NCBI GenBank assembly: GCA_030390025.1
Contig: CM059432.1
Location: forward strand, 65,722,001-65,786,000
DNA length: 64,000 bases
Reading direction: 5' to 3'
From: Squalus acanthias
Lineage: Eukaryota
The first letter of the stretch is position 1; every line of letters starts with the position of its first letter. Below are positions 26,701 to 39,594 of the stretch, piece by piece. The notes under the pieces are model-generated. The model ran no database searches and was not told where the DNA came from. It worked only from the letters and a program-made list of their open reading frames with translations. The translations under genes were made by a program, and so were the position numbers.

Positions 26701-28262
26701 GGTGAAAGATTGGGGAATGCAGATGCTCAAAGGGACCTGGGTGTCCTTGTACATGAGTCACTGAAAGTGAATGTGCAGGTGCAGCAAGCCATTAGGAAGG
26801 CAAATGGTATGCTGGCCTTCATTACAAGAGGATTTGAGTACAGGAGTAAAGAAATCTTACTCCAATTATATAGGGCCTTGGTGAGACCACACCTGGAGTA
26901 CTGTGTACAATTTTGGTCTCCTTACCCAAGGAAGGATATACTTGCCATAGAGGGAGTGCAACGAAGGTTCACGAGATTGATTCCTGGGATGGCGGGACTG
27001 TCGTATGAGAAGAAATTGAGTAAACTAGGCCTGTATTCTCTTGAATTCAGAAGAATGAGAGGGGATCTCATTGAAGCATACAAAATTATTACAGGGCTTG
27101 ATAGGTTGGATGCTGGGAGAATGTTTCCATTGGCTGGGGAGTCTAGAACCAGGGGCCACTGCCTCAGGATAAAGGGTAGGCCATACAGGACTGAGATGAG
27201 AAGAAATTTCTTCACACAGAGGGTGGTGAATCTTTGGAATTCTCTACCCCAGAGGGCTGTGGAGGCTCAGTCATTGGGTATATTCAAAACAGAAGTCGAT
27301 AGATTTCTGACTAGTAAGGGCATCAAGGGGTAGAGAATTCCAAAGATTCACCACCCTCTGTGTGAAGAAATTTCTTCTCATCTCAGTCCTGTATGGCCTA
27401 CCCTTTATCCTGAGGCAGTGGCCCCTGGTTCTAGACTCCCCAGCCAATGGAAACATTCTCCCAGCATCCACCCTATCAAGCCCTGTAATAATATGGCGAT
27501 AGCGCCGGTGAATGGAGTTGAAGCAGAAGATCAGCCATGATCTCACTGAATGGCGGAGCAGGCTCGAAGAGCCAAATGGCCTACTCCTGCTCCTATTTCT
27601 TATGTTCTTATGAGGGTGAGTGAGGGGTGGCTAGTGAGATGGGGATGTGATAATGTTGATAGAGAGGGATGGGTGGAGGTGCAATGTAAGTTAGAGAGAG
27701 TAAGGATGTGCAGAGTGATGGAGATGTGATGGGAGGCACAGCAGGATGAGGTTGAGTGTGGCTTTGTACTAACATTTTGTGATCTACTGAGATCATTGAA
27801 ACGTTTGCGCCACTGCAGCCTGGTCCTCCAGACGACATCCCTGCTAGTGCCCTCCTCTGCAATGTGCAACCAGGCGGTGTTGATCTCCTGGGGAGGTCTC
27901 TTCCACCCATGGGAAGGGAAGGGGACCTCCCTGTGTGCGGTGACTCCCTCCATAAGCATATGGAGGGAGTCATGGGAGAGCCTGGGTGCAGCCCTGTGCC
28001 TCTGTGCAGTGCTAGTCAGTGTTTGCAGCACCTCAATGTTGTAAAACAGACAGCACAAATGTCAAAATAAATTTGGCCATGTCCCTTTAAGGAAACCGGC
28101 TGATGACAAGTCATCAAATGACGTCACCAGACCCGCATCCTCTAAGTGGCCGGGAAACACGCTGGATGGGCTTAACAAGCCCCATCAAGGGAAATTAATT
28201 TCAGAGCGGGACCCGCCACCGACGTTGCTCGCCACGGACCCGCTGAGGTCAGCAAAATCGCT
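23789..28262. mobile_element. Internally deleted PIF/Harbinger transposon (Myb/SANT-like ORF on minus strand), split by a CR1
   Basis: 3-bp TSD gaa; left end ggatggaaattt, degenerate right end; ORF 27600-28058 RAAPRLSHDSL...AWLHIAEE...RTRLQWRKRFNDL is Myb/SANT-like as in Harbinger ORF2. Confidence 0.75.
24792..27612 (+). mobile_element. Younger CR1 LINE (EN + RT + 3' end) nested in the Harbinger
   Basis: ORFs 24830-25111, 25039-25803, 26086-27333 (415 aa RT, KFADD); tail ttcttatgttcttatg. Confidence 0.95.
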
Positions 28263-28527
28263 GAAGTCTTGCTGCAGTTTTGGTCTGCTTACTGAAGGAA
28301 GGATATACTTGCCTTACAGGGGGTGCAATGAAGGTTCAGTAGATTGATTACTGGGATGAGACGGCTGCCCTATGAGGAGACATTGAGTAGAATGGGCCTA
28401 TATTCTCTGAAGTTTGGAAGAATGACAGGCGATCTCGCTGAAATGCATAAAATTGTTAGAGGGCTTGGCAGGATAGATGCGGAGAGGCTGTTTCCCCTAG
28501 CTGGAGAGTCTAGAACGAGGAGTCATA

Positions 28528-29137
28528 GGGCTGGATTTTGATACTGGGGCGGGTTGGGGTCGTGTTATCCACCCGACTGCAATTGGATGTGGGAGATTGA
28601 TGCAATTTTCACTTAATTGGGCAATTGAGTTCCAGCATGTGGGAACCCATGAACCAATTAGTGTTTTCAGTCTGAAAGTCACCTCTGATGATGTCATCAT
28701 TGCTGCTGCATTGAAGGACTGCCTGGCCTTTGCTGTGAGAAGACCTGGATGCAAAATGAGCAGCAGCAGCCCTAAGTCTGCTCCCAGATATTTTTACACC
28801 ACCACTGAGAGAGAGAGAGAGAGAGATCCAGCCAAATGTGCTCCCGCCAGGTTTCACAATCGTGGTTCACAACAGGCGTGCTTCACGTAAAACAAGGGTT
28901 AAAATCACAAAGGCCTTTCAAAATGGCATTATAGAGCCAATTTAGTGCTTGTTAAGGGCCTTAACAGCCTATCCCGTCTCTTAAAGGCGGGACGCAGTCG
29001 GGACCAGCAGACACGATTTCATGAAAATTGCGTGGAGGCAGGATGGAGGCGGACTTGTGCCCGCCCGCCAGTTTTCGCAACTTTAACCCCCCACACGCCT
29101 CCAAACCCGCCTCCACGGGTCAATGAAAATCCAGCCC
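28528..29137. mobile_element. Harbinger-type MITE (610 bp), copy 2, inverted relative to 19422-20131
   Basis: Same 12-bp TIR; flanks ata/atg; body is the reverse complement of copy 1 over most of its length. Confidence 0.9.
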
Positions 29138-31955
29138 ATGGTCTCAGGATAAGGGGTTAGTCACTTCGGCCTGAGATGAGGAGAAAGTTCTTCAAGCATA
29201 GGGTTGTGAATCTTTGGAATTCTCTATCCTAGAGAATGGTGGATGCTCAGTTGATGTGCAAGATAGATTTTTGGGCACCATGGGAATCAAGGGATATGGG
29301 GATAGGACGGGAAATTGGAGTTGATGTAGAAGTTCAGCCATGATCTTATTGATGGCGGAGCAGGCTCGATGGGTCGTATGGCCTACTCCTTCTCCTATTT
29401 CTAAAAGTATTGCTAATGAAAATAATGTAGCTGTAATTATGAGAATTTAAAGCAGCAGAATTTCTACACTTGAAAGTGCAACAACATTACAATTTAGCAT
29501 AATTAAAGATTTGTATAATGTTGTAGAAGGGTATTGCTGATGAAGGTCCTACAATGACCTTGTCTTCAATTACCTATCCAAAAATATACCATGAGGTGGC
29601 TGACCTCCTGACTAGATCCAACATTTTAGCTTCATTTGTACAGTCAAGTCATTTAAACATGATGGTATAGAGTTTCTGCTAGTTTTATCAACACAATCCG
29701 GTTGAAAAAAAAAAAAATCGGGGAATTTTGAACATAATTTATGTCAAGCTTAAATCTAGTTTCTGTGATCTTTAATGCTGGTTTTAAAAGCCAGTCCCGC
29801 CCACAAAACTGGCCACGCCCTCAAATTGAAATAATGAGGATTCTGAGTTTGCGCCAATTGCGGCTGTTTGAGGAGGGTCTTCAAATTGAACTCATTGTCT
29901 TAGGCGCACAGGCACTAGTAAGCACGTTTTATAAGTTTTTACAGATTAAAAATACTTAATTTACTAAGAAACTGACTAGTATATATCAATGAAACTACTA
30001 AATGGTTTAGTAGTTTTTTTAAGTTATTTTCAGAGATTTAAAATCAGGTTACTCACAGGTGGAGGACGAGACATTCTTATTAAAATGCTTAAAAATTTAC
30101 CACTCAAATACATCAATGACTCTTTTTTTCATGCAAAAAAAACACAATTACATTCTATTATGTTGCCCAATTGCGCTGGTTCATGGAAGATTTTATGTTT
30201 GTGATTATGGAAATGCATTTTAGTGGAAACTTGAACTGTAACCTAACCAGTGCAATTTCAAGCGCAATTTGCGCCCAATTTCCCAATTGCGCCCAAGCAG
30301 AAACTTCCCCCGATATCACTTACCCTTAGCGCACACTGCTGAAAACAGCAGTCCTAATCAGGAGGAAAGCCACATTTTTTTTTTTTAAATAACACTCAAA
30401 TGTAAATTAAAATACACAAGTGTAATTTCCAAATGCGGAGTAAGGCTTTCGGAAAACTAAATCGAGGAATACGTTTTTTAAAAAACACATGATTGTTATG
30501 AATTCACATATTATGAATTCTACTAAAATAGCACAAAAATGACATGATAGAAAAGCATCAAAAGATTACTGCAAAACTGGATTGTTAAATGTAATTGAGG
30601 ACCAAAAGTCATAGATTATTTTTTTTAAATATACAAGGCTTCCTGCATAAATGATTTTCCCCAAATCTGTAAAGTTATTATAAAGTACATAAATTGCAAT
30701 TGCTAAATTAACAATAATTTTAATTAAAAACACTATGATCCTACAAAGTTTAATTAAGGCTTACAAAAAGAAAAATTACAAATAAAAAAAACAGGTGAAA
30801 TCATTTAACTGAAAGCCTGTTAAGTTGAATGATCATTTTTATAATGTTAAAATTTATTCAGCCTGAAATACAATATAAATAAGAGCACTGGGGTTTTGAC
30901 AAAAGTGTAACTTAGAAGACAGATGCCTATACCAGTTTGGATCATAATAATGAAAAAGATTAAATGATTATTGCTGTTGTGCAAGGGAAACATTCTGAGT
31001 ATCAATCAGAACATTGCTAGATACAGCTAAGGTTGGAGATAATTGATTTATATTTTTATTTTAGTTAACATCAAAATGTAGTCAGTGTGCAAAAAACTTA
31101 AAAGGAAATACAAACAACCTTAATAAATTCTACAAAACTTAAAAATTTAGACTAGATAATTTATTACGTTCAAATAAATGAAGTGAATGGGAAAAGTGGT
31201 TTTCAGTAAAATTAAAAGCGTAACTAGATTATGAAGCCAGTAGCTGCAACCTTTCACTATCCCTTCATTGATTTCTAGGCAGAAAATATGACAGCGATTA
31301 CTCCATCCTGTCCCCAGCTATGTTCACATCCATTGGAGTTCCCACTGGAAGTTATCAGTGACATCATACATCCATAGGGCACACATCCAGTGGGCATATT
31401 GAAATGATAGTCAAACGATAGTAAATGTTATCCCATAGAAACACTAGGAGCAAGGAATGCTTGTTCACCCCTGGTACTGAACGTTGCGGAGGGAGGATTT
31501 GAACTTTAAAATATAGAGCCTGCATAATTGCTTGCATTGATCGGTTGTACAGGATAGGAGATCAGATTCAACAACTTTAAAATGTTTTTATTCCATTTCA
31601 ATTGGCGGTGAATCCGTGATTTTCTGAGAAGCCCCCGCTGCGTGAGGCTACACTGGTGGCACAGGGTTCCAACAAAATTAGTCCACAAGCTATAATTCTA
31701 ATTGCTTTTGTGTTAAAATTATGAAACTCTCAAGTTATGTTTTGAAACTCAGACTTTTCTTGTGACATTTATAATCCAGATCAAGTATTTTAAGAACAGC
31801 ACGGTGGATCTCAGATGATTAAGTAAATGTACTTATTTATGCTGAATGCATGCTATTAGTATTATAAATGAGCTGCATATTATTGATATGACACTTGTTC
31901 CTCATGCCCCCATTGCTTGAACCAGTGAAATATTAGCCAGGCCCAGCTAACATTA

Positions 31956-32132
<177 letters not shown>

Positions 32133-32718
32133 CTAGATAAGTGATGCAATGTATTCTACAGAATGTTAAATTCAGTACAAAATATACTTTTCCACAGTAT
32201 AGTGGTTCATAAACAGAGGGACAAACTAATCCCATTCAGGACATAGCAAATACAAGTGCTATATATAAACATGCAAGTTTTTTTTCCTGGGGTGCCTATG
32301 AATGCAGAGTAAGTCTTTGGCAATTACAGACTTATTTAAGCAATGGGAGTCTTGGACTCTGCAGCATACACAAGCCCACTCCTACAGTAAGTTACTTTTA
32401 TTTGTGGTACGGTCTATATTTCAAACTCAATGGACTGCCTGTTGGTTCATTGACAGTTGTATTAATGGACAGGCCATGAAAAGTAAATGGATGAGGAGGT
32501 TAAAACCACCCTAAGAAATTCTCAGAGGCCGAGATGAGGTAGGAGCAGTTGCGTCATTAGATCCCATTAAAGAACCTAAAATATAAATAAAAATGTTATA
32601 TGATGCTTACTTCTACATTTTTGGATCATTTTTATGTTTGTGTCAATGCTTAAGTAAAGGACAATTTCCCATTTTTCATACTCTGTAACTGAATCAAGCA
32701 CGGCAAGGTAAAGTACAG

Positions 32719-32907
32719 AAATAACAATAGAAAATGCTGGTAACACTCAGGTCAGGCAGCATCGAGGAGAAACAGTGTCAACGTTTCGAGTCGAGGACCC
32801 TTCGTCAGAACGTTGACTCTGTTTCTCCTCGAAGCTGCCTGATCTGCTGAGTGTTTCCAGCATTTTCTGTTGTTATTTCAGATTTCCAGCATCCGCAGTA
32901 TTTTGCT
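32719..32907. mobile_element. Short palindromic Penelope-like-derived insertion with hammerhead core
   Basis: 14-bp TSD aaggtaaagtacag (32705-32718, 32908-32921); ~65-70 bp imperfect inverted arms plus ~28-nt tail; minus-strand CTGACGA-A-GGGTC-ctc-GACTC-GAAA-CGTT. Confidence 0.8.
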
Positions 32908-33130
32908 AAGGTAAAGTACAGCATGGGCCTGACCTGAAAATCCCTACTTCACGAATGTGATTCTTCCCCCCCGCCCGCCCCGTCTACACAATTCCCAAAT
33001 CAGTGATCTAGGCAAGCCTGATAGTTTAATGCTAATTAGTGGCAAATTATGGCCAGGCTTATCCTGTAGATCTGTATAAGAACATAAGAAATAGGAGCAG
33101 GCCTGCTCCGCCATTCAATAAGATCATGAG

Positions 33131-33777
33131 AGAGTGGTTAGCAAAGCATACGGGATCTTGGGCTTCATAAATAGAGGTACTGGGTACAAAAGTAGAGAAG
33201 TTATGCTGAATCTTTATAAAGCACTGGTTAGGCCACAACTGGAGTATTGCGTCCAGTTCTGGGCACCACACTTTAGGAAGGATGTGAAGGCCCTTGAGAG
33301 GGTGCAGAGGAGATTTACCAGAATGGTTTGGGGGATGCAGGATCTTAGCTACAAGGACAGGTTGGAGAAGTTGGATTTGTTTTCATTAGAGAAAAGGAGA
33401 TTGAGGGGTGATTTGATAGAGGTGTACAAGATTATGATGGGTTTGGATAGGCTAGACGGGGAAAGGCTGTTCCCACTAGTTGATGGTACAAGGACTAGGG
33501 GAAACAAATTTAAGGTTTTGGGCAAGAGATACAGGGATGTGAGGAAAAACGTTTTTACGCAGCGAGTGGTGAGGACCTGGAACTCGCTGCCGACGGAAGT
33601 GGTGGAAGTGGAAACACTCAATGTTTTCAAGAGGAGACTGGATAGGCACTTGAGGGAAATAAACTTGCAGGGCTACAGGGATAGAGCGGGGGAATGGGAC
33701 TGATTTGATTGCTCTGCAGAGAGCCGGCACGGACTTGTTGGGTCGAATGGCCTCCTTCTGTGCCGTTATGACTCTAT
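33131..33777 (+). mobile_element. CR1 3' fragment
   Basis: ORF 33134-33703 (LVRPQLEYCVQFWAP, RRLRGDLIEVYKI); tail tatgactctat. Confidence 0.92.
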
Positions 33778-34470
33778 GGGGGCGATTTTGCCAGCCCTGG
33801 GGAGGCGGGACTGCCGGGAAAATGGCAGAATCTTGGGGCGGGTACCCATCCCACCCCCAACCCGCCTCCGTGCCATCTTCCCAGGAGGCGGGTACCCGAC
33901 CCGCGCCGGGTGCCGTCTCCTGGAGGCGGGAAGGGGATTACAGCCACTTAACTGCCTGTTAACAGGTAGTTAACAGGCAGTTAAGAGGATTATCCCCAGT
34001 TTTCCAACAGAGGTGCAGGCTTCCCGACATCTGTAAACCCCGCCAGGGTCAGCAAGGTGAGCAGTGGGTCTGCGGGGGTGAGAGGGGTCCAAAAGTGCGC
34101 TGTGGAGGTGAGTGATGGGTGCAAGCGTGGAGAGGTAAGTATGTGAGGTGAGTGAAAAGTGTTAGAAAAAGTTTACTTACCTTTGTTTCTTCCTGCAGGC
34201 TTCAATCGTTGGGGATCTGGAGGCTCCAGCATCTCCACAGCAGAGATGACAGAATGCCTGCTGCATTCTCCGATGCAACAGCCATCTGCTTTCTGCTCAG
34301 GAAATAGGTTTAGTGAGCCTCGAGTACAAGAACTTACCAAACGACAGAGAATGTCAGTGTTTGACAGCTTCTCAAAGCTGTCAAACGATGACAATTCATC
34401 TGTAAAAAATTTTGACAGATGAAACGTCATACGCTGACGTTCTGTGTCACCGGCTTTCCCTTAATTGGCC
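33778..34470. mobile_element. GC-rich Harbinger-type non-autonomous fragment (one terminus)
   Basis: Starts gggggcgattttgcc directly after the CR1 tail; style matches other MITE ends; no right TIR found. Confidence 0.5.
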
Positions 34471-34472
34471 TG

Positions 34473-34905
34473 CTACGTGGATAGACCAGAGAAGCTGGGA
34501 TTGTTCTCCATGGAGCAGAGAAGGTGGAGAGGAGATCTGATGGAGGTGTTCAAAATCATGATGGGTCTAGGCAGAGTAGATAGAAAGAACTGTTCCCATT
34601 GGCGGAAGGGTCGACAACCAGAGGACACAAATTTAAGGTGATTGGCAAACGAACTAAAGGCGACATGAGGAAAAACTTTTTTACAAGTGGTTATGATCTG
34701 GAATGCACTGCCTGAAAAAGGGTGGCGGCGGCAGACTCAATCGTGGCTTTCAAAAAGGAATTGGATAAGTACCTGAAGGAAAAAAATTTGCAGGGCTACG
34801 GGGACAGGTCAGGACAGGGGAGTGGGACTAGCTGAAGTGCTCTTGCAAAGAGCCGGCGCAGGCTTGATGGGCCGAATGGTTACAGCACAGAAGTAGGCCA
34901 TTCTA
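34473..34905 (+). mobile_element. CR1 3' fragment
   Basis: gagcagagaagg...ggagatctgatggaggtgttcaaaatcatg ... gggccgaatgg; similar to 33350-33770. Confidence 0.85.
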
Positions 34906-35222
34906 TGAACTCCAGAGAGTATAGGCCCAATCTACACAATCTCTCCTAGGACAACACTTTCATCCCATGGATCAATCTAGTGAACTTGCATTGCACTGCC
35001 TCTAAGGCATGTATGTCCTTTCTCAGATAAGGAGACCAAAACTGTGCACAGTACTCCAGGAGTGGTCTCACCAAAGCCATGTACAATTGTAGTAAGACTT
35101 CCTTACTCTTGTACTCCAACCCCCTTGCAATAAAGGCCAACATGCCATTTGCTTCCTAATTGCTTGCTGTACCTGCATGCTAACTTTTTCTGTGTTTCCT
35201 GTATGAGGACACCTAAATCTCT
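34906..35222 (-). mobile_element. CR1 internal fragment
   Basis: ORF 34946-35143 MLAFIARGLEYKSKEVLLQLY...LEYCAQFWSP. Confidence 0.88.
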
Positions 35223-35654
35223 GAACAATTAAGATCAATTAAGAACTGAATTGAGGCTGCCCAAACTCATTGTAGATGGAAGCCTTAAATTTTGTAAAGA
35301 GAGACACTCGTCCTAGTAGTTGGATTCAATTTGAACCTCGGCCCAGAGATGTGACGGCAATATGCAAATCCATAGTCGCAAACAAGTTCCCATAATTTAT
35401 ATTTTTCAAGAGCAACATTATTCCTCAAATTATGTGAATTACAATATAATTTTCATACTTTTTCCAGTGTATAAAAAAAGTAGTCACTACAGGCTATACA
35501 AAAAGCAAAATACTTCTGGTAACCAATGAAATGACAAAAACTACATCTTCCAAGAGCTTTAGATATCAAATGATGTGCTAACACCAATGTGCAGGTTGGG
35601 TTTATGGCAGCCAATAACCCCCTGTACTTCAATAATTGTAACCACATCAGGTTA

Positions 35655-36785
35655 TTCGAAAAGGTGCCACACAATAGGGCTCATGGAATTGGGGATAATA
35701 TATTAGCATGGATTGAGGATTGGTTAACAGACAGAAAACAGAGAGTAGAAAAACAGGTCATTTTCAGGTTGGCAGGCAACCACAAGGATCAGTGCTTGGG
35801 CCTCAGCTATTTATAACCTGTATCAATGACTTAGATGAAGGGACCGACTGTAATGTATCCAAATTTGCTGACTATACAAAGCTAGGTGGGAAAGTAAGTT
35901 GTGAGGAGGACGCAAAGAGGCTGCTTGAGATATAGACAGGTTAAGTAAGTGGGCAAGAACATGGCAGATGGAATATAATGGAGAAATGTGAAGTTATCCA
36001 CTTTGGTCGGAAAATTAGAAAAACAGAATTTTTTTTCCAATGGTGAGAGATTGGGAAATGTTGGTACATTTGTGGTACATCTGGGTGTGCTTGTACACGA
36101 ATCACTGCAAGTTAACATGCAGGTACAGCAAACAGTTAGGAATGCAAATGGTATGTTAGCTTTTATTGCAAAAGTACTGCAGTATAAGAGTAAACAAGTC
36201 TTACTGCAATTATATAGGGCCTTGGTGAGACCACACCTGGAGTACTGTGTACAGTCTTGGTCTCCTTACCCAAGGGAGGATATACTTGCCTTAGAGGGAG
36301 TGCAACAAAGGTGCACCAGACTGATTCCTGGGATGAGGGGATTGTTCTATGAGGAGAGATTGAGTAGGCTCGGCCTATATTCGCTAGAATTTATAAGAAT
36401 GAGAGGTGATCTGATTGAAACATAAAATTCTTACAGGGCTTGACAGGGTAGATGCTGGGAGGATATTTCCCCTGGCTGGGGAGTCAAGAACCAGGGGTCA
36501 TAGTCTCAGAATAAGGAGTCGGCCATTTAGAACTGTGATGAGGAGAAATGTCTTCATTCAGAGTTGTGAATCTTTGGAATTCTCTGCCCGAGGGCGATGC
36601 TCAGTCGTTGAGTATATTCAAGACAGAGATTGATAGATTTTTGTTTATTAAGGGAATCAAGGGATATGGGGATACTGCGGGATGGTGGAGTTGAGGTAGA
36701 AAATCAGCCATTTTCATATTGAATGGTGGAGCAGACTCGAAGGGCCGAATGGCCTACTCCTGCTCCTACTTCTTTTGTTCTTATT
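35655..36785 (+). mobile_element. 5'-truncated CR1 LINE
   Basis: ORFs 35720-35935, 35988-36425, 36415-36633; tail cctactcctgctcctacttcttttgttctta. Confidence 0.92.
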
Positions 36786-38203
36786 TTCTATGCAGAACAA
36801 CCTTTGCCATTTAACTAAACAATTCTGGACTTAGCTTTCCTGCTGTCATTTTGTGCCTCCAACTTATAGAATTTGCCCAGAAATATTAACGAACTTCCCC
36901 AGAAATATTAAAGAAAACACAAGAATATTTTCTTTGGTGATGCTGTTTTCACCTTTAAATTAATACAGCCCTCGTCACCTTATCCTTTCTGCCTAACTGT
37001 TTATCATACAAACCTTCATGGCTACTGCTTCTAACAAAATATGAGGAGGAACTTTTCTGAATGTGCACTCTTGGCACAATTTTACATACGATAAAATTAA
37101 TGGATAGAAAATCAAGGGGAGCGAGCCAGTGCTTTTCTAATATGTGCTCCATGAGGGCACGGCTCTGCACTTAAGAGTACGCATCCAGAAAACTAGCTGT
37201 AAATTTTTCGGATAAATGACATTTTGAAATATCTTGGAACCAGAGAACAAGGCACAAAGTTCATTTTGTGTTCTAGAAAAACTTCAGTTTTCAAGGAAAG
37301 AAATTTGACTTGGAACAATAATGCAGATTCAAAAAAGGAATGATACATGGGGAGATGGAGGAAGTTCATATTGAAAAATCTAAGCTGACAAATACAAAAA
37401 CTACACACAATGTCCTATTTTGCCCAAAAAGTTCATCTTTGGACTGAAGCACTAGTGCTACAAACTCAACTCTGTGAAAGTTCACTGGCAGTAAGAAAAA
37501 GTGTATCCAGAGAACCTATCTTTTCCATGAGAATTCCTTTCTCCGTCTGCTTAAATAAGTCTGTAATTGCCAAAGACTCACTCTGCATTATTCAGATTTG
37601 CATCTCAATACAACAGTCATTTTGAATTTCTGTGGGCGGAGATATTCTGTAATAGACATCCAAAACTAAAAGTCTAGTGGATTCATTAACTAAAACAAGC
37701 TAAAAGCCAATCAAAAGAAAAACCAGAAGAGCCCACTTGTGCAAAAAAAATTCAGTCCACACACAGATGCAGCAATTACAAAAATACAAGACAAACAGCT
37801 TCAATCTAAGTCAGCAATCAATTCCAAGAAAAAAAATAAACAGTAGACTTTTTCATGATAGATAACAGCAGCAAAATACTGTTGACAACAAAGGGAAAAG
37901 ATCTGTAGAAGCATTCTGGACCAAGGCCCTAATGGAGAATGTATTTGGGATGAAAACAGTGGTAGGAAAGGCTACAATTTGCCAAATATTTTTGTACTCA
38001 AGGTGAGGGATATTAGCACTGGCAAATAGAACACTTCCCATTTCTGCCATGCCCACTAGAAATTGGTTTGTAACTGCTAAAATTGATTTTGCATACCAAC
38101 CCTTACAAAGGCAACTTTTATTCCATTAGTCTGGGCTGGATTTTAACTCAGGTCCCACAGACAAAAGGCTTTGACTGATTTCTCTGAATCCTAATGTACA
38201 TCA

Positions 38204-38470
<267 letters not shown>

Positions 38471-39129
38471 TTAAAAACAAAATGACAAAAAAGTCACTAT
38501 GCTTGTGGTAAATAGATATAAGCATGCCACTAGATCATACATACAATAAACTATGTACAACCCCTTCCCACTTTATAAGTAACTTCAAGTCGGCATATAG
38601 CAGACCAACATCAATACTTTTGATGTGCAAGAAAGGTATGCTAACTTAAAAAAAGTAAAATGCAGTCAACAGTAACTTTTACCACATTATGCAAACAATC
38701 ATTAAAATAATGAGAAAAGGATTGGGTTTGGTTGTGATACACTCTACAGTTAAACAGCGTGTTGACCATCCTGGCTCACATGTGAAGATTGGCTACTAGC
38801 ATATTGTACAGCAGGGCTGTTGGAACCCAACAAAAGTAAAAGCCTTCAAGAGAGGAGGGAAGAAAATTCATATAAAGTGACTTGCATTATATTGAAAATG
38901 CACTTGGATAGTACAAAATTGAAAATAACTGGTACACAGATCATACACCACTAACCTCAACAGACAAGGTCCCAAATCAATTAGTTTTAGGTGTTGTATT
39001 TCTAATTCTTTAGTTAGATTATCCATTCAGATTTACGAGGATTCTGTCTGATATGAGTAGATATAAATATGAATGAAAAACTTGAAAAATTGGGTCCTTT
39101 TTGTTATAACAACATAGATTACAGGGCTA

Positions 39130-39450
39130 TATAATAGAAGTGTTTAAAATGGTGAAAGGGTGGGACAGGGTCGATAGAAGCAGACTGTTTCCAGTAGTTG
39201 AAAGCTCAAGAACAAGGGGCCATAGATACAAGATTAAATGTAAAAAATTGAGTGTAGAAGCTTCTTCACACATTTGTGTGAATGTTGAATTCACTTTCAG
39301 GGTAAGTAGTTAAGGCAAAAACTATGTCAACATTCAAGATATGGGAACAGGGTGGGTCAATGTGATTAGAACTATTTGCTTGCATGGAGGGTAAATGCTG
39401 GCAGGGCTGGTTGGGCCAAATGGCCTGTTTCCTTCTATGTATTTCCATGT
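39130..39450 (+). mobile_element. Decayed CR1 3' fragment
   Basis: gaagtgtttaaaat...aagaacaaggggccatagatacaag...gggccaaatggcctgtttcc. Confidence 0.7.
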
Positions 39451-39594
39451 CTGCCTTTCTTAATTCCTCCAGTTAGACATCTCTTTGGTGGCTCAAAAGG
39501 CATCTGGAAATTAATGAGGATCAACAAAACAAAAAAAAAGGAAATTTATGTAAGCGTTTTATCACCATCATATAAACACTTCTACCCATTTTAA

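Larger units (their letters stand above)
18385..29402 (+). mobile_element. Old CR1 LINE 'A' (pieces ~18385-18955, ~21853-23788, 28263-28527, 29138-29402) hosting nested insertions
   Basis: Colinear CR1 sequence continues across each insertion (gttcataggtccc..aacagtaatc; gagtaaggaa..gaagtcttgctgc; gagtcata..gtctcaggataaggg); many stops/frameshifts. Confidence 0.8.

Noticed and set aside
26086..27333. 415-aa, 365-aa (20579-21676) and 351-aa (13612-14667) ORFs as host genes or active elements
   Set aside because: All are CR1 ORF2 fragments flanked by stops/frameshifts; none has an intact full-length ORF2.
29535..29640. ctgatgaaggtc... possible third hammerhead/Penelope relic
   Set aside because: No GAAA core at the expected position and no TSD or inverted arm; too decayed to call.
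37853..38056. Minus-strand ORF with KNI..VAF..ALVQ, superficially like exon 5
   Set aside because: The true exon with proper splice sites and strong similarity is at 31991-32114.
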